DNA of 64,000 nt from Spirulina sp. (GCA_044070495.1 JBIPSI010000002.1:160001-224000); one strand, 5' to 3'; shown: positions 1 to 8,668, numbered from the stretch's first letter. Translations and numbers: made by a program. The notes: a model not told the origin generated them from the letters alone.

Positions 1-509
1 GCTTCATCACTCGTAAACACGGTTTTGCCGTCGGTGGTGATGCCGGGGGGCACAAAGGGCACGGAACCCGGAGCCAAAATGATGTCCTTGGCGGTGACGA
101 CCTTTTCGCCCTCGGCGGTGTCGATGGCCACCTTTTGTTCGCCCACCACGCGGCCCCAGCCCTTAATAATGTCTACGTTCAGGCGGGTGAGGCTGTTGGT
201 GAGGTCGCCCTGGATTTTGCTGACCAGGTTTTTGGCGTGGTCGGCGATGGCGCTGCGGTCGTAGCCCACCTGGCCGACCTGAATGCCCATGGACTTGAGG
301 TGGTGATCGTCGCGCAGTTCCCGCACCCGACCCGATGCCGCCAGCAACGCCTTGGAGGGAATGCAGCCCCGGTTAACGCAGGTGCCGCCCATCACATCCG
401 CTTCTACAATGGCGGTTTTTAGACCCGATTTAACGGCGTGGAGCGCGGCCCCATGGCCCCCAACCCCAGCCCCGATAATGATTAGGTCGTAGTCAAATGC
501 GTCGCTCAC
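1..509 (-). CDS. lpdA: Dihydrolipoamide dehydrogenase, 5' part (runs off window start)
   Basis: Manual translation from GTG at 509: [56 protein letters not shown] (FAD GxGxxG, redox CxxxGC); AGGAG upstream. Confidence 0.93.
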   Translation of the reverse strand, partial: MSDAFDYDLIIIGAGVGGHGAALHAVKSGLKTAIVEADVMGGTCVNRGCIPSKALLAASGRVRELRDDHHLKSMGIQVGQVGYDRSAIADHAKNLVSKIQGDLTNSLTRLNVDIIKGWGRVVGEQKVAIDTAEGEKVVTAKDIILAPGSVPFVPPGITTDGKTVFTSDE

Positions 510-767
510 AGCAGGCTCCTAAGGCAAACCCAAAACTTACAACATCATCGCCTAGGGGTACGGCTGAACCCCAGACAACGGAACATCCTCCATTCTTGAC
601 CACACAGGGCCAATTAGACAACACCCTAGGATGGGTAAGCACTGGAAGCGAAGCCTCTACAACCTGCCTCTAGGTTAAAACGCCAGCCCCCTGCCTCCAG
701 CGATGCCGAAACGACTGAAGGGGTCAGGAGGCACTATTCTGGACAGATCTGGACAGAAAATCGCGCC

Positions 768-1961
768 TCACAATAGCCGAGAGATTGCCAAAACCGCCTC
801 ACTGAGATGCTCGAAGGCCTGAGTTACGTCGGATGCGGTGGTAAATTTGCCCAATCCAAGCCGGAGGGAGCCTTCTACTAAAGGTTCCGGCAAATTCATC
901 GCCCTCAGCACATGGGACGGGGCCTCAACCCCAGAGGAACAGGCGGATCCGGTAGAAAGGGCGAGTTTGTGCCGCACTCTGGCGATGATGGCGCTGTTGG
1001 GGATGCCAGGTATGGAAATGTGTAGGTTCCCAGCCAGACGGTTTTGTGGGTCGCCGTTGATCACTAGGTTGGGAATGTGATCTTGGAGCAGGGCTTGTAG
1101 GCGATCTCGCTTTTTCCCAATTTCAGCCTCATCCACCGCCATTTCGTCTACCCGTAGCCGACAGGCTTCCCCTAACCCTACAATCCCCGGCAGGTTTAGG
1201 GTGCCGGGGCGGATCCCCCGCTGTTGTCCGCCGCCGTAGGTTAAGGGCGCGAGTTGATATCCTCGCTGAACAACCAGTGCCCCTACTCCCTGGGGGCCGT
1301 AGAGCTTGTGAGCGGACAGGGCCAGCAGGGTAAGCCCCCACTCGTTAAACTGAATCGGAATTTTGCCGACGGCTTGGCAGGCATCGCAGAGAAAGGGAAC
1401 CTGGTATCTCTGGGCGATGGCCGCAATTTTCTCTATCGGGTAAACCGTACCGACTTCGTTGTTGGCCGCCATGATGCAGAGCAGATGAAGGCCATGGGCA
1501 CAGGCTTGCTCTAGCGCATCCAGATCCAGACGGGCCTGGGTATCGACAGGGATATAAATGAGATCGATACGCCCTTGTTTCTGGAGGGCGGCGCAGGTGT
1601 CGAGGACGGCTTTGTGTTCAACGGTGGAGATGGCGATGCGGGGTTTGCCCTCACCCCCAGCCCTTTGGCCCTCACCCCCAGCCCCTCTCCCCAGGGAGAG
1701 GGGAGCTAGAGCGTTGATGGTGCCTTGGATGGCGAGGTTGAGGCTTTCGGTGGCCCCAGATGTGAAGATAATATCTCTGGGGGTAGCGCCCACCAGTTCA
1801 GCAACGTGGCGGCTGGCTTGTTTAACGGCGGCTTCGGCCCGATCCCCCACCTCATGATCGAGGCTGCTAGCGTTGCCAAAATGCGTCGTCATCGCCTGTA
1901 AAACCTTTTCCGCCACCCTTGGATCAACGGGAGTTGTGGCGTGGTAGTCAAGATAGATCAT
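768..1961 (-). CDS. Cysteine desulfurase (IscS/DndA/SspA type)
   Basis: MIYLDYHATTP start at 1961, FTSGATES, ANNEVG, SAHKLYGPQG (PLP Lys), STGSACSS (catalytic Cys); context suggests SspA role. Confidence 0.92.
   Translation of the reverse strand: MIYLDYHATTPVDPRVAEKVLQAMTTHFGNASSLDHEVGDRAEAAVKQASRHVAELVGATPRDIIFTSGATESLNLAIQGTINALAPLSLGRGAGGEGQRAGGEGKPRIAISTVEHKAVLDTCAALQKQGRIDLIYIPVDTQARLDLDALEQACAHGLHLLCIMAANNEVGTVYPIEKIAAIAQRYQVPFLCDACQAVGKIPIQFNEWGLTLLALSAHKLYGPQGVGALVVQRGYQLAPLTYGGGQQRGIRPGTLNLPGIVGLGEACRLRVDEMAVDEAEIGKKRDRLQALLQDHIPNLVINGDPQNRLAGNLHISIPGIPNSAIIARVRHKLALSTGSACSSGVEAPSHVLRAMNLPEPLVEGSLRLGLGKFTTASDVTQAFEHLSEAVLAISRLL
1647..1708. repeat. CCCTCACCCC/CCCTCTCCC..GGGAGAGGG palindromic repeat inserted in frame in the desulfurase
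   Basis: Encodes low-complexity APLSLGRGAGGEGQRAGGEG; same family at 11289, 12861, 14958, 19950, 54307. Confidence 0.8.
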
Positions 1962-2055
1962 TGTCAGGAAGGGTAATTCCAGGGATAACAGGGCAACGGT
2001 ACCCTGAATCGTAGTACAGGGCGGTGTGGGTTGCCCGGTCGCCCTGGCCAAGCTG
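1962..2055 (-). repeat. Junction repeat copy D (degenerate gene 3' end directly upstream of the desulfurase)
   Basis: Plus-strand core tcgtagtacag------ggcggtgtggg (2009-2030); minus strand reads QLGQGDRATHTALYYD. Confidence 0.75.
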
Positions 2056-2118
2056 CTCCTTCTGATTCTGTGACAATGGCATAATAGAAGCCATCCGACC
2101 CGCCAAGGATGCTGTCCC

Positions 2119-2877
2119 ATGGCCGAGACCACCGGACTCACCGCCGCACCCATCCTCTATCCCGATGGCGATGGCCAACCGATGACCGAAAGCGACGCCA
2201 CTCGCGATTACCTGCTGTACTGCGTTGAGGTGCTGCAACTGTATTTCAAGGGGCGGCCTAACGTCTATGTTTCTGGCAACCTGTTTGTCTACTACGAAGA
2301 AGGCAACCCCAAAGCCTCTATTTCGCCGGATGTCTTCGTTATTTTTGGCGCGAACAACCGCAAGCGCCGCAGCTACAAAGCTTGGCAAGAGGGCAACAGA
2401 CTACCTAATTTTGTCCTAGAAATTACCTGCCGCAGCACCAAACGCCAAGACCAGGAGGAAAAACCTCGCCTCTACGCCCGCCTAGGCATTGAGGAATATT
2501 TTCAGTACGACCCCACCGCCGACTATCTCCAGCCCCAACTGCAAGGAGCCCGACTGGTGGAGGGTACCTATCACCCCCTGCCCCTGGCTTCTACCCCCGC
2601 AGGTCTGCCCTTCATCCACAGCGACGTTCTAGGGCTAGACCTGCAACTCCATCCATCCTACCCCGAACTCGGCTTGGCCCCAGCGGCCCAGGCACTCCGG
2701 TTTTATGACCCCCAAACCGGGGCAAAACTGCTCAGCCGCTACGAACTCGAACGTCTGCGCGAAGCCCTGCAAGAGGAAAATGAGCTGATTCAGCAGGAAC
2801 GGGACGCCGCCCAGCAACGAGCGGAGAAACTCGCGGCCCGCCTACGCGCTTTGGGCCTAGACCCTGACGAGGACTAA
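2119..2877 (+). CDS. Uma2 family PD-(D/E)XK endonuclease
   Basis: YPDGDGQPMTES, SPDVFV, PNFVLEIT, LGIEEYFQYDP, coiled-coil tail ending LRALGLDP. Confidence 0.9.
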   Translation: MAETTGLTAAPILYPDGDGQPMTESDATRDYLLYCVEVLQLYFKGRPNVYVSGNLFVYYEEGNPKASISPDVFVIFGANNRKRRSYKAWQEGNRLPNFVLEITCRSTKRQDQEEKPRLYARLGIEEYFQYDPTADYLQPQLQGARLVEGTYHPLPLASTPAGLPFIHSDVLGLDLQLHPSYPELGLAPAAQALRFYDPQTGAKLLSRYELERLREALQEENELIQQERDAAQQRAEKLAARLRALGLDPDED

Positions 2878-2890
2878 GGGGAAAGATGGC

Positions 2891-2940
2891 CCTAGGCACG
2901 GCACAGGTTGTAGTACAGGTCTAGGGCGGTGAGGGCAATT
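2891..2940 (-). repeat. Junction repeat copy C
   Basis: gtagtacaggtctagggcggtgagggcaat (2910-2939); minus strand reads IALTALDLYYNLCRA*. Confidence 0.8.
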
Positions 2941-3331
2941 AGTAATTAGGGTTGCCAAAGTGTCGCTCGGCCCATTCAACCATGCGTTCGCTTTGCTGAA
3001 TCAGGTCTTGTGCATTGTCCGAGGTGAGTTTAGCCTCCTGATCGATGCCGTAATCGGCTTGGGTGCGCTTATCTTGGGCATCAATTAAAGAGCGATGAAA
3101 TTCTGTAGGAACTAATCCTGGTTTTGCCAGTTCTCTACCGAAGGCGGCAATGACAGCACCGTGACTAGAGAATGATAGCCCCTGCTGCCAAAGTAGGGCT
3201 TCAGCAATGTAAAACATGGTGTAGTAGGCTCTGGAGCCAGCGAAGTCATACATTTGGTTAGCCGCTAGCAATTTAGACGCTTGCAGGCTTTCCTTAGCTT
3301 TATCCAGAAAGGCTTGCAGGTCTTCCGTCAT
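2939..3331 (-). CDS. HEPN domain protein (toxin of MNT-HEPN pair)
   Basis: KAKESL..A, SRAYYTMFY, SSHGAVIAAFG, KRTQADY; 4-nt overlap with upstream MNT. Confidence 0.88.
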   Translation of the reverse strand: MTEDLQAFLDKAKESLQASKLLAANQMYDFAGSRAYYTMFYIAEALLWQQGLSFSSHGAVIAAFGRELAKPGLVPTEFHRSLIDAQDKRTQADYGIDQEAKLTSDNAQDLIQQSERMVEWAERHFGNPNY

Positions 3332-3651
3332 ATCACGATTCCCTCTTTTCTGATGTTTGACAGAAAGGGGTTTTGGCTAGAGATAAACTTTTCAGTCGAG
3401 ATAAAATGCCGTGAGATAACCACGTCATACTCAAGGCAAAGTTGGGCGATGAAGTCTCCAGTTTTGTCAATTTCTAGGTAGGGACTTGTGAGTTGATCAA
3501 GCACTACTAAAATATCAATATCAGAATCATTATGACTATCTTCCCTTGCCTGAGAACCATATAAAATAATGCTCTGAAGACGATCTGAATAGAGGGTTTT
3601 CAAATAGTCTTTAACGGCATTTAAGATGGCATCAAGGTTTTGGTGTTTCAT
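3328..3651 (-). CDS. Minimal nucleotidyltransferase (MNT antitoxin)
   Basis: IILYGSQARE..NDSDIDILVV (GSx10DxD). Confidence 0.9.
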   Translation of the reverse strand: MKHQNLDAILNAVKDYLKTLYSDRLQSIILYGSQAREDSHNDSDIDILVVLDQLTSPYLEIDKTGDFIAQLCLEYDVVISRHFISTEKFISSQNPFLSNIRKEGIVI

Positions 3652-3659
3652 GGTGCTAT

Positions 3660-3774
3660 TGAGTAGTAGCTATGTGACCCAAAATAGATAAGGCAATAGT
3701 GACAGGACTAATTAAGAGGATTCCTGGGCAATGGTAATCTGATCGTAGTATAGGTCTAGGGTGGTGGGGCAATT
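3660..3774 (-). repeat. Junction repeat copy B, including a degenerate copy of the desulfurase 5' end
   Basis: Minus strand TTLDLYYDQITIAQESS*, then a spacer similar to 1962-2005, then ATC TAT TTT GGG TCA CAT (A) GCT ACT ACT = IYFGSH-ATT versus IYLDYHATT of the desulfurase. Confidence 0.75.
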
Positions 3775-3802
3775 CGCTATAGCGATAGATAAGCTGAAAG
3801 CA

Positions 3803-4027
3803 TTAGAGATCCCCTAGCCTTTTGATTAAATCCTGATGTACAGCCTGCCAAATTCCTTGGGCCAGATGGGCAGTAAATCGAGCCTCATCCTCTGTGGGAT
3901 CGTCGCCATGGACGGGGTAACGGGCTTCAATGGCCCAGTTGGTGAGTTCTCGCAACTGCGGGAAGGCCATAGCATACTGCCACCAGCGTTTGATCAGCGC
4001 TTTTTGCTCAGGAGGTAGCTCGTTCAT
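3803..4027 (-). pseudogene. HEPN domain gene with in-frame internal deletion
   Basis: 74 aa from ATG 4027: ...KRWWQYA joined directly to MAFPQLRELTNWAIEARYP; the central AQQAAEK..HDL segment expected in this family is absent. Confidence 0.7.
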
Positions 4028-4352
4028 AGAGTGCGGTGCCTTCGCGCAGGGCGGGACGTAAAATGGTGCCGACGAGATGGCCGTAGGTGGCGATTTCCTC
4101 TGGGGTGGTGACGATAATATCTTTGCTGATGGGTACATCGGCGAGGGCTTGGCCGATGGCAATGGCCTGCTGGCGTTTGTGGGTTCCCGATGGCATCACA
4201 ATCAACAAATCGAGGTCGCTGTCGGCGGTGGCGTCGCCCCTGGCGTAGGAACCAAATAAAATGATTTTGAGGGGCTGAAATTGCTGAACGATGCGCTCTG
4301 TAATCAGGCGCAGGTAGGGCGCAGGGGTTGGCGGGATGGCAGCATGACTCAT
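4008..4352 (-). CDS. Minimal nucleotidyltransferase (MNT antitoxin)
   Basis: KIILFGSYARGDATADSDLDLLIV, C-terminal ALREG..LY. Confidence 0.9.
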   Translation of the reverse strand: MSHAAIPPTPAPYLRLITERIVQQFQPLKIILFGSYARGDATADSDLDLLIVMPSGTHKRQQAIAIGQALADVPISKDIIVTTPEEIATYGHLVGTILRPALREGTALYERATS

Positions 4353-4585
4353 GGGTCTTGGGGATTGTCAGTAGTGATCTGATCGTAGTACAGGTCTAGG
4401 GCGGTGTGGGCGATGTGAGCTAGGGTGGTGCGGTCGGTGGGGCTGAGTTGTCGCCAAAGGACGGGGTTGAATTTAAGCTGGGTGAGTTCTTGTTGCCGCT
4501 GTACAAATTTGCGCCGCTCGAATTTCCCGAAGGGCATGATTAACATAATATGCTTAACGTTGTCATCGGTAGACTTAGTGATGTC
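4349..4585 (-). pseudogene. 3' remnant of a larger gene (junction repeat copy A); resembles C-terminal tails of restriction-type SF2 helicases
   Basis: VKHIMLIMPFGKFERRKFV...FNPVLWRQLSPTDRTTLAHIAHTALDLYYDQI; upstream DNA switches to AT-rich; family assignment from memory only. Confidence 0.5.
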
Positions 4586-4701
4586 TATTGTATAAGAAAT
4601 TGATAACATAAGCCTCATCTATAACTTGACTAGTTCACTGCTCCGAGGGCACCTCGAATCTGTAAGACTGAATCTATATCTAGCGAAACAGTCACGAATC
4701 A

Positions 4702-5736
4702 TTGTCTAAAGTCATGAGAATTGAAGAAGGAAAAGAAAAAAAGAAGAAAATAAAATATAGTTACGCTTGGGATAATCTTAAAAAACTAGTTTTTGTTGGC
4801 GATCTTGAAAATTCAACTGAAACCAGAAAAAGAGAATTTACATGCATTTCTTGCGGCAATCTTCTCATTCCAAAGCTAGGTAAAATTAAGCAAAAGCATT
4901 TTGCTCACAAGAATATTTGTGACTGTAGCTTTGAGACATACCTACACCTACTAGCCAAAGAAATATTCTTGATAGAGTACAATAAATGTCTAGATAACAA
5001 CATTCCTTTCTATGTAGAAGTTTTAGTAGAAACTTATTGTGATGCCAATAAGGAAGATTTTAATCTGACATGTGAACTAGGTTCTAAATCTCAGAAATAC
5101 GACATTACGAAAAAATACAAGAAGATTCAGAAAGAAGTTGAGGTCGATGGTTTTATTCCCGACCTTTTGCTTTCAACGCCTGACAACAAAGAAAAACTCT
5201 TTATTGAGATATTTGTGACTCATAAATCCACAGAAAATAAAATTAAATCGGGATTCAATATTATTGAAATTCAGATAAAAAGTGAAGACGATATTGATCT
5301 TCTCAGAAGTAGGGTTTTATCGGAGCAAGAGAATATAAATTTTTACGGTTTCAATATTAAGCCCGTAAGAACAGTTTGTGCTGGCGATCTTGGATGCCCT
5401 CACAAAAAAAGAATATTTAATGTCTTTGAGAATGGTAAAAGCATCTGTATAACTCATGGACTTCCAGGAGTCTCAACGTTCTTAAAAAGAATCACTCAAA
5501 CAAACATCATATATTATGAAATTATTGACTTTGATTACTATTGGGATGGAGAAGACTATGTCAAAAAAGTTATTGAAGTTTATGGCAAAGGAATTCCAAT
5601 AAGAAACTGCTATTTATGTCGATATCAAGGAGATAATCATCGGTGGGATAATGAAGGAAAGCCAATTTTCTGTCGTTTCCTGAAAATTAGATGCAATTCT
5701 AATCAGGCTTCAGAATGCCAGTATTTTCGAGTCTAG
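4702..5736 (+). CDS. CoiA-like zinc ribbon plus PD-(D/E)XK nuclease domain protein
   Basis: FTCISCGNLLIPKLG..KHFAHK..C..ETYLH, FIPDLLL...IEIFVTH, C-terminal Cys cluster; very AT-rich. Confidence 0.7.
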   Translation: MSKVMRIEEGKEKKKKIKYSYAWDNLKKLVFVGDLENSTETRKREFTCISCGNLLIPKLGKIKQKHFAHKNICDCSFETYLHLLAKEIFLIEYNKCLDNNIPFYVEVLVETYCDANKEDFNLTCELGSKSQKYDITKKYKKIQKEVEVDGFIPDLLLSTPDNKEKLFIEIFVTHKSTENKIKSGFNIIEIQIKSEDDIDLLRSRVLSEQENINFYGFNIKPVRTVCAGDLGCPHKKRIFNVFENGKSICITHGLPGVSTFLKRITQTNIIYYEIIDFDYYWDGEDYVKKVIEVYGKGIPIRNCYLCRYQGDNHRWDNEGKPIFCRFLKIRCNSNQASECQYFRV

Positions 5737-5749
5737 CTCAATTACTTGT

Positions 5750-6463
5750 TCAAATCTTGTAGAAGATTTTTTTATCGATGTTTGAAACGTTAGGGTTTCG
5801 ATTTTGCATATAACTAACCCATTCCCATTCTGCCCACCTGCGGATAACCTTGTGGTTTTCCCTTAAATAGTCAATCCAGTTAGGATGAAGCATAATTAGA
5901 TCGCAATCTCTGTAATGAATCGAGTTGAATTTATACAGTGGCTTATGGCTTTCAAAATATTGAGATGCTATCTCCGGCATAGCCATCTCCAGTTCAGTTC
6001 CGCGTCCTCGATCAACATCTCCTAGACAATCTTCCAAGAAAGGAATAATTAAACGAAAAGGGACATTTCTACGCAGACGATCAACAGCATAAGATAGATC
6101 CTTTTTAGCGATCATTTTTCTGATCGTTGATTTATTGGCTAATCGACCATCTGTTAGAGATTTATCAAAAATCAAGTTTAGAGAGTTTATAATTGTATTA
6201 ATTTTATCCTGACTACCTAGCGAAAGGTTGGAAATCATGCAGGGAATCCAGGCATTAACCAACATTTCTAGAATCAAGTTCTGAAACTCGATCACCTGAG
6301 TGTTAAAGTTGTTTCGCTCCAGAATATCTAGAATTGAAAGAAAGAATAAGAACTTATAAGAGGTTGTATTTCGCTCGAAAATTCGAGAAAGAGCAAGTAC
6401 ATCAACTGTCGAGGAATTAGGTAGTCCTCCTGACTGACTGAGATCAGTTCTGGATTTAGACAT
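5750..6463 (-). CDS. N-terminal domain of a cyanobacterial HNH endonuclease family, HNH domain absent
   Basis: LSRIF..NTTSYKFLFFLSILD, NVPFRLIIPF, PLYKF, HPNWIDYL, YMQNRNPNV; stops before any CxY/DHxxP HNH motif. Confidence 0.6.
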   Translation of the reverse strand: MSKSRTDLSQSGGLPNSSTVDVLALSRIFERNTTSYKFLFFLSILDILERNNFNTQVIEFQNLILEMLVNAWIPCMISNLSLGSQDKINTIINSLNLIFDKSLTDGRLANKSTIRKMIAKKDLSYAVDRLRRNVPFRLIIPFLEDCLGDVDRGRGTELEMAMPEIASQYFESHKPLYKFNSIHYRDCDLIMLHPNWIDYLRENHKVIRRWAEWEWVSYMQNRNPNVSNIDKKIFYKI

Positions 6464-6498
6464 AAATCACCTGGGCATATTTTCCTAGGTTATTCTCC

Positions 6499-6729
6499 CT
6501 ACGAGCGAAAGTCATCAGGGAGTTCATTCAGTGTTACACCCAGAGCCTCGCAGAGGGCTTTCATTTGGGGAACTGTCAGGCTGGCCACACTCGTCCCCCG
6601 CTCCCAGTTGCTCACGGTTTTGCTGCTCACACCCACAATCCGAGCCAGTGCCTCTTGAGAAAGACCTGCTTGCTCTCTCAGAGACTTGAGGGGCTTGGGG
6701 GTGGCTGAATCGGACGACTGAGCGGACAT
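6499..6729 (-). CDS. XRE-family helix-turn-helix regulator
   Basis: LKSLREQAGLSQEALARIVGVSSKTVSNWERG. Confidence 0.92.
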   Translation of the reverse strand: MSAQSSDSATPKPLKSLREQAGLSQEALARIVGVSSKTVSNWERGTSVASLTVPQMKALCEALGVTLNELPDDFRS

Positions 6730-6730
6730 A

Positions 6731-6792
6731 TAGAAACTGATTTCTAGAAGCAGGTTGACAAAATCGGTGTTTTTCTAGAAACTGATTTCTAG
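6731..6792. promoter_or_regulatory. Two identical palindromic operator-like sites flanking a TTGACA hexamer in a divergent intergenic region
   Basis: TAGAAACTGATTTCTAG at 6731-6747 and 6776-6792 (TAGAAA-N4-TTTCTA); TTGACA at 6755-6760. Confidence 0.7.
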
Positions 6793-6879
6793 TTTGGTTC
6801 TAGAACAGGCTGAAAACACCGGGAAGGCGCTGATAGGCAGTGTCTCACCCTCCTTTGTCCTGGTTCAAGTTATTACAGC

Positions 6880-7389
6880 ATGAATAGCAGTCCTTTCCAC
6901 GTCTGGGCGATTGTGCGATGGTTGCCCGATATGCAGCGAGCCGTGGTTAATCGGTTTCGTCGTCGTTCTGATGCTGAAGAATGCTTGCGAGCGCTGCGAC
7001 GGTCTAGCCCCACTCGCGACTATACGTTACTCTACTATCCCCCCAGCGAGGAGTGTCAGCCCATGGTACGCAAGGATTACAACAAGCTGGTGCGAGATCG
7101 GATTCCTGAAGTTCTGACCAATCAACACGTTCGTTTCAGCGTCGAAACGATGAGCCACAGTGAATATCGTCGAGCGCTGCGGTTGAAACTGGTGGAGGAA
7201 GCTAAGGAAGCGGCTACGGCTCCTGATGAAGACTTGATCACGGAGTTAGCTGATCTCTGGGAAGTGATCGATAACACGATCAGCGCCTATGGCCTTTCCC
7301 GCAACCAGGTTTTAGCTTGCCAACTTCAGCGGCGGATGGAACGGGGAGCGTTTGACAGCAGGCTACGGCTACTTTGGACAGAATCTTGA
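6880..7389 (+). CDS. Small cyanobacterial domain in frame with a MazG-like nucleotide pyrophosphohydrolase
   Basis: N-terminal WAIVRWLPDMQRAVVNRFRRRSDAE; from M62 YNKLVRDRIPE...KLVEEAKE...ELADLWEV...RGAF. Confidence 0.75.
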   Translation: MNSSPFHVWAIVRWLPDMQRAVVNRFRRRSDAEECLRALRRSSPTRDYTLLYYPPSEECQPMVRKDYNKLVRDRIPEVLTNQHVRFSVETMSHSEYRRALRLKLVEEAKEAATAPDEDLITELADLWEVIDNTISAYGLSRNQVLACQLQRRMERGAFDSRLRLLWTES

Positions 7390-7504
7390 TCTCTGACGCA
7401 ACTGAACAATAAGCCACATCTGGGCTTGCGATAGATCCTAGCGGCGCAATTTGTGTCTTAATAGGGGAGCGGTTTTACAACAACTCCCCATTTTGCGTTG
7501 CGCT

Positions 7505-7876
7505 ATGGATATGGAGATTTTCCTAAGTCAGACAGCTACAAAGCGCCTAAACAGGCTAAAACGCATTTTAGGGGTTGATGAGTCGGCAATTATTGAGAGA
7601 GCAATCTATGAACTTCATGATCGATTAATTGCAGAAGAGTTAACTACGCAAGATAAATCCCCTCAGTCCTTGGTAGAGGTTCTTGATAGAGCTGATTTGC
7701 TCAAAGGATTATATCTCTGTACTAGAAATGCTATTGGAGCAGGTAATTCAGACAACAAACCGCTGATTTTAGAGGCCAACACTGAAGAAGAAGCATGGCA
7801 GAAAATGGCGATTATTTTCCCGTCTGAAACGGCACAAGGCTTTACTATTCAAGGAATTAGTCCCCTGCATTTGTAA
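7505..7876 (+). CDS. Hypothetical protein with possible ribbon-helix-helix N-terminus
   Basis: IFLSQTATKRLNRLKRILGVDESAIIERAI; start uncertain. Confidence 0.45.
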   Translation: MDMEIFLSQTATKRLNRLKRILGVDESAIIERAIYELHDRLIAEELTTQDKSPQSLVEVLDRADLLKGLYLCTRNAIGAGNSDNKPLILEANTEEEAWQKMAIIFPSETAQGFTIQGISPLHL

Positions 7877-7917
7877 GACAAATTTTGCGCTGGATCAGCA
7901 GACCTGCCCCAACCAAG

Positions 7918-8577
7918 TTAGGCTTCCGGTTCCACCCCCATCGCCCTCAACTGTTCAGCCAGCCGTGCCGCCCGTGCCTCAGATTGTTCCGCCGCTTCCT
8001 CTGGAGTGGGCAGCCGCTCCCCCGCCTCTGTAAAATACCGCAGCTTGCCCTCCTGCACCCCCAAATACAGCCCTAGCACCTGGCTCCAAAGCCATCCCGT
8101 TGGGTTGGGCGCAATCGGCTGATAGCGTTGATCCACCAGGTGATAGCCCTCAAACTCCAGCGTTTCTGGCGAGAACCAAAAATACTCCGGGGTGCGAAAA
8201 CGGTCTTGGTACAGCGTTTTCTTAAGGTTCTTATCGGTTTTTGCCGTCGAGTCAGACAGTAGTTCGATGATCAAATCTGGGTACTGTCCCCCTTCTTCCC
8301 ACACCACCCACGACTTGCGAGGTCGCCTGTCGGTATGGCTAACCAAGAAAAAATCTGGGCCTCTAAAATCTCGGTTCTTAAGCTGTTCTCGGCTGAAATA
8401 GATCGTTAGGTTTGCACCAATAAAAAAGTCATTGCGGTCACGCCATAGCCACTCTAAACAAGCCACCAACAGGGCAAGCTGAGCATAGTGCAGCGAACTT
8501 TCCATTTCGGGTTCATTACTTTCTAGCTGGGTTGCATCTGGCATTAGATCTGCCAGTTGTTGAGCGGTTAATGCCAT
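7918..8577 (-). CDS. Uma2 family endonuclease
   Basis: SNEPEMESSLH, FRGPDFF, PDLIIELLS, PEYFWFSP. Confidence 0.92.
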   Translation of the reverse strand: MALTAQQLADLMPDATQLESNEPEMESSLHYAQLALLVACLEWLWRDRNDFFIGANLTIYFSREQLKNRDFRGPDFFLVSHTDRRPRKSWVVWEEGGQYPDLIIELLSDSTAKTDKNLKKTLYQDRFRTPEYFWFSPETLEFEGYHLVDQRYQPIAPNPTGWLWSQVLGLYLGVQEGKLRYFTEAGERLPTPEEAAEQSEARAARLAEQLRAMGVEPEA

Positions 8578-8668
8578 AGTCTGACTAGCCTTTTACTGAG
8601 ATGGTTGTAAGTTAAGAAAACTTTGAGAATTGTGCATTTTGGGAATCTAGTCTTGGAATAAAACTATC

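Noticed and set aside
1962..2153. N-terminal extension of the 461-aa desulfurase ORF
   Set aside because: Overlaps the Uma2 start and junction repeat; family homology begins at MIYLDY (1961)
1962..4420. Junction repeats as a CRISPR array or integron attC sites
   Set aside because: Spacing is 600-900 bp, copies are divergent and coding-derived, no RYYYAAC/GTTRRRY ends, and no cas or intI gene is present
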